DNA of 64,000 bases from a virus: the IMG/VR virus record IMGVR_UViG_3300042934_000519, positions 8,984-72,983 of that record. One strand, given 5' to 3'. The notes beneath the pieces were generated by a model, which had not been told where the DNA came from, ran no database searches, and worked only from the letters and a program-made list of their open reading frames with translations. The translations under genes were made by a program, and so were the position numbers. Shown piece after piece: positions 46,697 to 53,990 of this stretch (positions within the stretch are counted from its first letter, which is position 1; every line of letters starts with the position of its first letter).

Positions 46697-47692
46697 ATGA
46701 CCATTTCACAAGACACCGTAGTGCTGTACCACCGTGGTTGTAACGATGGTATCGCCGCAGCGTGGGCTGCACACGAGGTGCTGGGTGACAGTGCTATTTA
46801 CCTGCCGTACCAATACAACGATCCTCTGCCGGATGCCTGCAAGGGCCGTCACGTGATCCTGGTGGACTTGTCCTTTACCATGGCTCAGATTCATGACCAT
46901 GCGTACAGTGGCGAAGTCCTGTCCTTGATGATCATCGACCACCACAAGTCGGCGATCAAGCAACTCCAGAACATCCCGAACGTCAGCAACTACTCGGACT
47001 ACCTGAACTTCCGCGATCACAGCGTGGAGTACAAGGTGTGGATCTTTGCTGACACGCAGCATTCCGGTGCGGTGTTATCGTGGGCGTTCTTCAACAACAA
47101 GCCTGCCAACGAAGGCTTTGCGTGGAACAAAGACATTCCGCTGATCCTTCAGTACATCGAAGACTACGACCTGTGGAAGAAGAAGATGGACAACACCATG
47201 GCCATCAATGCATGGCTGGTTAACGGCGAGCTGTCCATTGAACGCTTTGCGAGCATGCTGCGCACGGACGGCACACCTCGCCTGAACATCGTGGAGACCG
47301 GCAATGCGCTGTTGACCTACGATGCCAAGATCGAGCGTCATGTGCTGCGCGAGTACGTGCAGTTTGTGGAGTACAACGGTCAGAAGGTCCCGTTGGTCAA
47401 CGCCCCTCACCACCTGCGCAACAGCCTCGGCGAGAAGCTGGGTCGTAAGTACCCGTTCGTGATCCTCTACACGGAACGCGATGGTAAGACGATCTACAGC
47501 CTGCGCTCTGTGAAGGGTCAAGGCGAGGACGTCTCGGTGATCGCTGAGCAGTTCGGCGGCGGAGGTCATGCGGAAGCCGCAGCCTTCTCCATTCCTCACA
47601 CTCCACTCGATCTGTACAAGCACCAAGCACTGCTCAAGAAGCCTTCCTTCCTGGAACGCCTCAAAGCCGCGTGGGCTGTGCTCAAGGGGTAA
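46697..47692 (+). CDS. DHH/DHHA1 family phosphoesterase
   Basis: HxxCxDG, VDLS, DHH, SLRS and GGGGH motifs. Confidence 0.9.
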   Translation: MTISQDTVVLYHRGCNDGIAAAWAAHEVLGDSAIYLPYQYNDPLPDACKGRHVILVDLSFTMAQIHDHAYSGEVLSLMIIDHHKSAIKQLQNIPNVSNYSDYLNFRDHSVEYKVWIFADTQHSGAVLSWAFFNNKPANEGFAWNKDIPLILQYIEDYDLWKKKMDNTMAINAWLVNGELSIERFASMLRTDGTPRLNIVETGNALLTYDAKIERHVLREYVQFVEYNGQKVPLVNAPHHLRNSLGEKLGRKYPFVILYTERDGKTIYSLRSVKGQGEDVSVIAEQFGGGGHAEAAAFSIPHTPLDLYKHQALLKKPSFLERLKAAWAVLKG

Positions 47693-47695
47693 ACC

Positions 47696-48331
47696 ATGTC
47701 TGACATCAACAAGAACCTGATTGTAACGCTGAACCGTCTTCAGTACCGTCAGGAACTGCACGATTCGGTGTTCCACTCGGACATCTACACGCTGACCAAG
47801 CATCACCGCTTACAGCACTTGGTATTGCACCACTGCAAGTACGTGGCAGAGCTGCACTTGATGCTCACCAACGAGCATTATGCAGATCTCCAGCAACACG
47901 GTCCACAGCGCAATCGCATTGGACGGCTGGCAGTTGATGGTCTGATCATCTGCCTTTCGATGTTCAACGTGTGCGGTAAGTTGTTGTCTGCGCACATCGA
48001 ACCCAACCACAACGACACGCTGGCGTGCAGCGAGATCCTCCTGCACGGCGTAGGGCGCATGGCGAAGACGATTGAAGACGTCGACCACATGATGCAAACA
48101 CGCCCGCTGGAAGAGATCATGGAGCGCGCTGCCTTGATGGCCGTGTCGTACATGAACATCGCTGTGCGTAACTTCCCGGAGTACAACGTCTTCAACCTCA
48201 ATGCCGTGATGCATCAGGTCGAGGACCGTCTGCTGGAAGTCGAGCGCAAGAACATCTACTTCGACAAGCACATCGTTGAGATCAACCGTCGTATGCAGAT
48301 TTACGACACGCTGCACCGCGAAGCCCAGTAA
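47696..48331 (+). CDS. Hypothetical helical protein (possibly MazG-like)
   Basis: His/Asp/Glu-rich helices; neighbours nucleotide-metabolism genes. Confidence 0.55.
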   Translation: MSDINKNLIVTLNRLQYRQELHDSVFHSDIYTLTKHHRLQHLVLHHCKYVAELHLMLTNEHYADLQQHGPQRNRIGRLAVDGLIICLSMFNVCGKLLSAHIEPNHNDTLACSEILLHGVGRMAKTIEDVDHMMQTRPLEEIMERAALMAVSYMNIAVRNFPEYNVFNLNAVMHQVEDRLLEVERKNIYFDKHIVEINRRMQIYDTLHREAQ

Positions 48332-48359
48332 ACAGCACACAACCCACAGGGAGAGCCAC

Positions 48360-49232
48360 ATGGCTCTCCCTGTCTTATTCGCAACCCTCGAGGATCACAC
48401 CATGTTGAACAAAGCCCTGTTTCAAGAATTCGCTCGTATGCTGAGTCACGGTTTCCCGAAAGACCATCACTACTCTCCAATGGAGCTGCTGATCCGCGAC
48501 AACATTGCAGCCACGCTGGAAGAGAAGATCAAAGCCAGCATTGGTGGTCTGGATCACCCTATCGCCAAAACCAAGCTGTACAACTTCGTGGTTGGTCATC
48601 CTGAGCACGGCTTCAACATGCAGTGCAGCATGTACCACGAACCGTCTGCTGGGGGCTCCAGTGAGTTCCGCCTGAGCGAAGGGTTTTCGATGTTGATCGT
48701 CAACCAAGCACCTCCGGCTGAAGAACCAGCGCGTGATCGCGATGAAGGCGGCCGGTTCACCTCGGCACAACGTCGTTCGGAGAACTACAACCGTCGTCTG
48801 GATGCCCGCGACTTCGACCCGGACACTCTGGCGTACTTCAAAGAACTGCTGTCGATCAGCATCAATGAAGTCATGCTCAAAGCCATCCCGGACGTGCAAG
48901 CCAAGGTGCCCAAGGAGTTTGCTCAAGGCACGATCGTGTACCGACTGCATTGCTCTGACAAAGTGCAAGCGGCGCACATGGTGGAAACGTGTGGGGTTAC
49001 CACCATGACGGCGCAAGGTGACATGGCCGACATGTCGGTCTATGACATCGCTCGGCAGAAGTCGGTCTGGGTCCACAGTTCGGAATTCGGCAATGAGCTG
49101 GAATGGAACAAAGCACGTCAGAACGACGGTAACCGTGCACGCCGTGTCGAAGAGTTCGAAGGCGCAACGGACGCTGAGATCAGTTACATCCAAGGTGCGC
49201 GTCATCGCATCGAGGCAATCTTGCGTGGCTGA
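48360..49232 (+). CDS. Hypothetical protein
   Basis: GGAG SD before ATG 48360. Confidence 0.7.
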   Translation: MALPVLFATLEDHTMLNKALFQEFARMLSHGFPKDHHYSPMELLIRDNIAATLEEKIKASIGGLDHPIAKTKLYNFVVGHPEHGFNMQCSMYHEPSAGGSSEFRLSEGFSMLIVNQAPPAEEPARDRDEGGRFTSAQRRSENYNRRLDARDFDPDTLAYFKELLSISINEVMLKAIPDVQAKVPKEFAQGTIVYRLHCSDKVQAAHMVETCGVTTMTAQGDMADMSVYDIARQKSVWVHSSEFGNELEWNKARQNDGNRARRVEEFEGATDAEISYIQGARHRIEAILRG

Positions 49233-49294
49233 TTAAGCTGCGATGGTATGGGGGTAATTCCCCATACCTTTTTCTTTTCTTTTTGGTGGATACA

Positions 49295-49969
49295 ATGGCA
49301 CGATTGACTCCCGGTCTTGGCGCAAAGGGCTCGTTCCTGCTCGAGACCCCTTTCACGACCGAGGCTGACGTAGAATATACCGTTGCCTCGTTGCGTAGCT
49401 TTGCTGAAATCCGTGCCCGCGGCAATGATCCGTTGGCACTCATCTACACCCCGGTCAACCTCGATGCTGTAGCAATGCAGAAGGACATCGATGAAGGCGC
49501 TGTGATCGTTGTACTGGCTACCAAGGCCGGTGTGCTCAAGTACGTCCCGGACACCTACATCTTGAGCTATCCTTCAATGGGCAGCATTCCGTACAGCCAC
49601 CTGATCATCAGTGCCTCCTTGGGCATGATCCCCGACAGCATGGACACCACCTCACTGGAACAGGTGACCAAAAGCGCCATCTCCGACTTCATCGGTGTGG
49701 AACCGACCGTGTTCATCACCCGTGGCGAAGTCAGTGACACGATTGATGAAGCCCGTCATGTGCAGCTGACCATCTCCCGAGAAGCGGCGATCAAGAACCG
49801 TGAGACTGACCGTGCTGAGAACATCCGTCTCACAGCCGCTCTGGTGGCCGGTAACGCCCGGTTAGTGGAATACGAGGCCATCATCCAGCAGTTGAGCCAA
49901 CAAGCTGAAGCAACGGCTGCTGCGGCCGCTACGCCGTCGACTGATCCGACCCCTGATCAAACCGCATAA
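49295..49969 (+). CDS. Conserved phiKZ-like hypothetical protein
   Basis: YVPDTYILSYP motif, C-terminal coiled coil. Confidence 0.7.
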   Translation: MARLTPGLGAKGSFLLETPFTTEADVEYTVASLRSFAEIRARGNDPLALIYTPVNLDAVAMQKDIDEGAVIVVLATKAGVLKYVPDTYILSYPSMGSIPYSHLIISASLGMIPDSMDTTSLEQVTKSAISDFIGVEPTVFITRGEVSDTIDEARHVQLTISREAAIKNRETDRAENIRLTAALVAGNARLVEYEAIIQQLSQQAEATAAAAATPSTDPTPDQTA

Positions 49970-50024
49970 GGCCCACCCTCACCGGCTACTTAGGCTGGTG
50001 AGGGTGTATGCCGTCTCTTTAAAA

Positions 50025-50116
50025 TTCGATTCGAAATAATTACGGCAATACATTGTCAGGGTGAATAGGAAGAAAGATCTTCTTATCCTTACCCTTGATC
50101 ATTGGAGATCACCATG
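50025..50116 (+). repeat. Conserved early promoter/leader, copy C
   Basis: TTCGATTCGAAA..TTACGGCAATACATT..GTGAATA-hairpin-..TTGGAGATCACCATG. Confidence 0.85.
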
Positions 50117-50434
50117 TTCGCACTTCTCAAACAACTTGCTGCTGCTACCCCTGAAGTAGAAGCCGTAGAACTGACCTTCATCCAGAAGGTGAAAGCGGTT
50201 TACCGCAGCTTCAAAGGCAAGCGTAAATTCCAAGCCATGGCGAAAGCCAAGCGCGAAGAAAAAGCAGCCATCGTCAAAACCAACACTCAGCTGGCTGACG
50301 AACTCGAAGCACGCGCTGACGCGCTGATTGAACAGAGCGCCTTGTGCAGACGCACGGATGCAGTGGAATCGGACCGTTTGTTCGAAGAAGCTGTTGAACT
50401 GACCACACAAGCCAACGCCCTGCGCTTCAACTAA
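50114..50434 (+). CDS. Small helical early protein
   Basis: Cassette C gene 1. Confidence 0.75.
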   Translation: MFALLKQLAAATPEVEAVELTFIQKVKAVYRSFKGKRKFQAMAKAKREEKAAIVKTNTQLADELEARADALIEQSALCRRTDAVESDRLFEEAVELTTQANALRFN

Positions 50435-50452
50435 CCCCTCGGAGTTCAACCC

Positions 50453-50611
50453 ATGAATAAGCTTTTCGGATACGCCGCTGTTGCTGTTGTCGCCGGTGCT
50501 GCCGGTTACATCGTCGGTAAGGGAAAGGGACTGCCTGATCAGTTCTCGATCAACATCCCTTACGGTCCTAAGTTCAGCTACAAGAAAGCCGCCACGGCTA
50601 AAGCCAGCTAA
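50453..50611 (+). CDS. 52-aa membrane peptide
   Basis: GGAG SD; MNKLFGYAAVAVVAGAAGYIVGK... Confidence 0.7.
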   Translation: MNKLFGYAAVAVVAGAAGYIVGKGKGLPDQFSINIPYGPKFSYKKAATAKAS

Positions 50612-50660
50612 GACGACCTGTCCATCCTGGATAGGCGTCACCCTATCCAGGAGAATCACC

Positions 50661-50879
50661 ATGTTCGCACGTAATCTGATGGCCGCCCTGATCGTAGTCC
50701 TGTTCGGCTCGATGGCCCTGTCCTGCTTCACCGCTACTGCTACTGATGTTGTTGTTGCACAAACCGCTCTGCCGCTGGAAGCGTCTGCCCGCACTGTTGC
50801 GGTACAGAACGTTGTCACTGACCTGGCTGCTAAAGTCAACATGGTCACTGTTGTTCCTAGCTACATCGCTGCAAACTAA
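50661..50879 (+). CDS. 72-aa signal-peptide/membrane protein
   Basis: AGGAG SD; MFARNLMAALIVVLFGSMALSC... Confidence 0.7.
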   Translation: MFARNLMAALIVVLFGSMALSCFTATATDVVVAQTALPLEASARTVAVQNVVTDLAAKVNMVTVVPSYIAAN

Positions 50880-50912
50880 TCCCCCCCCTACCCCGTTCTT
50901 AAGGAGAACACC

Positions 50913-51068
50913 ATGAATACTCTCGCTCAACGTGCTGCAATCGTAGGCGCTGCTGTTGTTGGCGGCGTTGCTTTCGCTTGGATCGGTGCCAAGACCAAGA
51001 ACAAGATTGACAAGATGCGTCGTGACAAAGACGCCATCGCCAAAGCGCAATCCTGCGCTGCCAAGTAA
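50913..51068 (+). CDS. 51-aa membrane peptide
   Basis: AAGGAG SD; MNTLAQRAAIVGAAVVGGVAFAWIGAKTKNK... Confidence 0.7.
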   Translation: MNTLAQRAAIVGAAVVGGVAFAWIGAKTKNKIDKMRRDKDAIAKAQSCAAK

Positions 51069-51092
51069 ACCCTGTCCGATGGAGGACTGCAC

Positions 51093-51257
51093 ATGCTGAC
51101 TAAATTCCGCAACACCATGCTGCTGGTCCTCACCGTCGGCGGCTTGACCCTGTTCACCGCAGCCATCTACAGCTGCGAACCTCCCCGCAGTCACGCTGAG
51201 TCGGGTACGGCTCAAGAAATCATCGCCAGTAAAGTGGCAAAGAAAGAACTTCACTAA
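51093..51257 (+). CDS. 54-aa membrane peptide
   Basis: GGAGG SD; MLTKFRNTMLLVLTVGGLTLFTAAIYSC... Confidence 0.7.
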   Translation: MLTKFRNTMLLVLTVGGLTLFTAAIYSCEPPRSHAESGTAQEIIASKVAKKELH

Positions 51258-51271
51258 TTAGGAGATCCACC

Positions 51272-51391
51272 ATGAAATACTTCCTCGGCTTCGTCGTAGG
51301 TTCCGTTGTTGTGTCCACTATCACCCTGCCGTTCCGCACCAAAGCGTTCAAAGAAGGTTACGAGGCTCAGAAGGCCAAGCTTAACCAGTGA
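51272..51391 (+). CDS. 39-aa membrane peptide
   Basis: AGGAG SD; MKYFLGFVVGSVVVSTITL... Confidence 0.65.
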   Translation: MKYFLGFVVGSVVVSTITLPFRTKAFKEGYEAQKAKLNQ

Positions 51392-51456
51392 TCCTGACCT
51401 ACCTCTGCAACACCCTGCGGTTCATACCCCCTACCCTGATCTATTGGAGATACAAC

Positions 51457-51654
51457 ATGAAGAAGTTCCTTATCGGTGCAGCTATCGGCGGCGTTGTGGC
51501 TTACTGTGGTCACCGCAAAGCCAAGAAGTGGATTCGTGCAGCTGGTGAAGCGACTGCCAATCTGGAGAAGAACTTCTCCACCCTCGACTTGGGTGAAGTA
51601 GCTGACAACTGGCACAAGACTGCGGGTCGTCCTGATCTGCGCGTCGTCAAGTAA
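51457..51654 (+). CDS. 65-aa membrane peptide
   Basis: GGAG SD; MKKFLIGAAIGGVVAYCGHRKAKK... Confidence 0.7.
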   Translation: MKKFLIGAAIGGVVAYCGHRKAKKWIRAAGEATANLEKNFSTLDLGEVADNWHKTAGRPDLRVVK

Positions 51655-51655
51655 G

Positions 51656-51709
51656 CGGCATAGACCCGGAGCCTGATGGCTCCGGGTCATAGCTTTCTTT
51701 TTTCTTTGG
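51656..51709. terminator. Bidirectional terminator, cassette C right end
   Basis: CGGCATAGAC-hairpin-TTTCTTTTTTCTTTGG. Confidence 0.85.
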
Positions 51710-53302
51710 TTACGCTGCCTGCATGAAGTCCAGTTCAGATTCCATGCCCCGGTTATCAATGTCGTCCCACGTGCTGCCCCCACCACTGTGGATAGGCTTG
51801 CCGCCGACGGCGCGATAACCTAACGAGTGGTCCAAGTGTACGTCGTAAGGGATGCCGTACATTGGGTACTCGTGATACTTCATGACAAAGTACTTTGCCC
51901 GCTCTGGTGTTGGCTCCACTACGCCACGGTGCTTGCCCCACACGTATTCCAAGTAGGAACCGTCGTTGACCACCTGCTTGTTGACGTAGATCTCCCAGTC
52001 GACCTCGGTGTCCAGCTTCTTGCATCCTTGGTAGTAGCCCCCACCTGGCATGTCCCGAATGAACTTCGTCGGGTTGATGCGCTTCTCCTCCTTGGCTTGG
52101 GTGGAGAGCTGGTGAGCTGTCACGTGCAGGATCTTGTTCGGGTTGGTGTACTCACGTACCCGCTTGTACAGGTCTTGCAGGTCATCACCTGTGGACCCCT
52201 GAGCACACCCGTCCTTGCTGTACATGGTCAGGTAGTCACAGAAGACTGCGCAGACCTCAAAGCCTTTGGCCTTGTACTTCTCCAAATGCTGGATGTACTT
52301 GGCATAGGACATTGCCGAACCGAGAATCCGGTGGATCTCAACGTTCCAGCCCCGTGCCTGGAGTTTCTCCATCACGTACTGGGTGGCCATTGCCGCATTC
52401 AGTCCACGTGCCGACACCGGCCCGCCCGTTTCGAGCTGTTTGAGGATGATGTAGATCTTTTGAATGATGACCGGCACGTCATCTTCTGTCGAGTAAAGCA
52501 AAACCAGCGGTTTCTTCAACGGGTCAAACAGGAACGGGTCGTTATAAAGACACGTGCCCATGAACATGTCGAGGAGGGTACCTGACTTGTTGTTACCCGG
52601 CAGGGCATTGACCAGACCGAACTCACCGCGACGGCCGCCCTTCTGCTTACCCATGAGGTTGTTCAGCTCATGGAACGGGAATTGGATGATCCCGTCTGTC
52701 GACATGGTTTGTTCCATGTCTTCAAAAGCTGACTGAACGCTCGCTGGGTTGTTGAAGTCGACCGTGGTAAGGAACGCAGGGTCATTGTGCTCATCGTTGT
52801 CCATGTCGATCGACAGGAGGTCCTGAGCCGTCTGTAGGATGAACCCGTCCCAGTCTTCTACCTCGGTTTCCTTAAAGGCGACCGTGTAGGAGGCTTTACG
52901 CAACACCTCGTTGAGTTTTTCTTTTGCCTGGAACCGTTTCATCTCCTTGATGATGTTCCCAGCCAGCTTTCGGATGATGCTTTCATCACCGTACAGCTTG
53001 ATCGTCTTCTCCAAAGCCTTGTACGTGAACTCGTCCCCTTGGACGTTCAACCGCAAGCGCTGGAGCAAACTGTCAAGATCATATGTTTGAGTATCCCCGT
53101 TGCCCAGCATCCACATGACTGTTGTGCGCAGGTTATTCAGGGTGTTGCGGTCGGAGCCGTGATCAGCCGCCGATTCCTGGATCTTAATGTCACCCAGCAA
53201 TTGCCGAATGATCATCTTACCGCCAGATGTAGCTGGATTCTCAAGTTGACTCTCTAAAAAGAGCAACGAGATGGATTTAACTAGAAAAAGCTTGATGTCC
53301 AT
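51710..53302 (-). CDS. dnaB: DnaB-like replicative helicase (phiKZ gp118-like)
   Basis: RRGE..ALPGNNKS Walker A, CDYL, HQLS, GKHRG motifs; synteny with capsid gene. Confidence 0.88.
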   Translation of the reverse strand: MDIKLFLVKSISLLFLESQLENPATSGGKMIIRQLLGDIKIQESAADHGSDRNTLNNLRTTVMWMLGNGDTQTYDLDSLLQRLRLNVQGDEFTYKALEKTIKLYGDESIIRKLAGNIIKEMKRFQAKEKLNEVLRKASYTVAFKETEVEDWDGFILQTAQDLLSIDMDNDEHNDPAFLTTVDFNNPASVQSAFEDMEQTMSTDGIIQFPFHELNNLMGKQKGGRRGEFGLVNALPGNNKSGTLLDMFMGTCLYNDPFLFDPLKKPLVLLYSTEDDVPVIIQKIYIILKQLETGGPVSARGLNAAMATQYVMEKLQARGWNVEIHRILGSAMSYAKYIQHLEKYKAKGFEVCAVFCDYLTMYSKDGCAQGSTGDDLQDLYKRVREYTNPNKILHVTAHQLSTQAKEEKRINPTKFIRDMPGGGYYQGCKKLDTEVDWEIYVNKQVVNDGSYLEYVWGKHRGVVEPTPERAKYFVMKYHEYPMYGIPYDVHLDHSLGYRAVGGKPIHSGGGSTWDDIDNRGMESELDFMQAA

Positions 53303-53342
53303 TTACCAGTCCTAGAACTGCGGATGCAGAGGTAAAGAAGAG

Positions 53343-53870
53343 ATGAGTTCACTGAAGATTGTATTTGTCCCTCGGTGGCTAGACCGAGTGGCCAAGGAGA
53401 CCGGCATCAGCAACGCTGATCTGATCTGCTTGCAAAAGTTGTCTGGCATACTATCCCAAAGGGATGTTGAACTTTACCAGATGGCCAATTTCAACGTCGC
53501 CGATTGCATCGCTGCGGTGGGCAAGTACAACGAGAAAGAGGCGGCTGCACTGTGCGGTGGGTTCGGTTCGAACATCCCGGTGCTGCCTTTGGAGAAACGT
53601 GCGGCGTACGCCAACGTAGACACCAATACCTTTATCTATGGGGCTACTGCGACTGTTGACGGCGAAGATGCCAAGTACGGCCTCTCGGTAGAAGTGGGCG
53701 ATGAAGACACCCTTATTGTGCGGGTGACTACCCTGGATGACAATTCCGGCGACAGCTTCACCAAGCGCTTGACCAAAGTTTTGCACGGTTTGATGACCTT
53801 CCGCGACTTCGCTCGCACGTTCGTTTTCAAACAGTATGTACGAGAATTACAAATTAACTCGGTCGTCTGA
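53343..53870 (+). CDS. Conserved phiKZ-like hypothetical protein
   Basis: Between helicase and MCP as in phiKZ-like genomes. Confidence 0.7.
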   Translation: MSSLKIVFVPRWLDRVAKETGISNADLICLQKLSGILSQRDVELYQMANFNVADCIAAVGKYNEKEAAALCGGFGSNIPVLPLEKRAAYANVDTNTFIYGATATVDGEDAKYGLSVEVGDEDTLIVRVTTLDDNSGDSFTKRLTKVLHGLMTFRDFARTFVFKQYVRELQINSVV

Positions 53871-53990
53871 TCGACTTACTGTACCGTTAGTAAATAATGG
53901 TATGTAAAAAATTGCCGTTTCATTGAGCGCCGAAAGCTCGGTGATAAGCAAAACCCGCTGCTCGAGCAGCAAACTCCGGAGAGTAAAACG

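Noticed and set aside
50025-51709. CRISPR-like or integron-like array
   Set aside because: Spacer-sized units are ORFs with SD sequences; repeats are degenerate and irregular; no cas or integrase gene in the window
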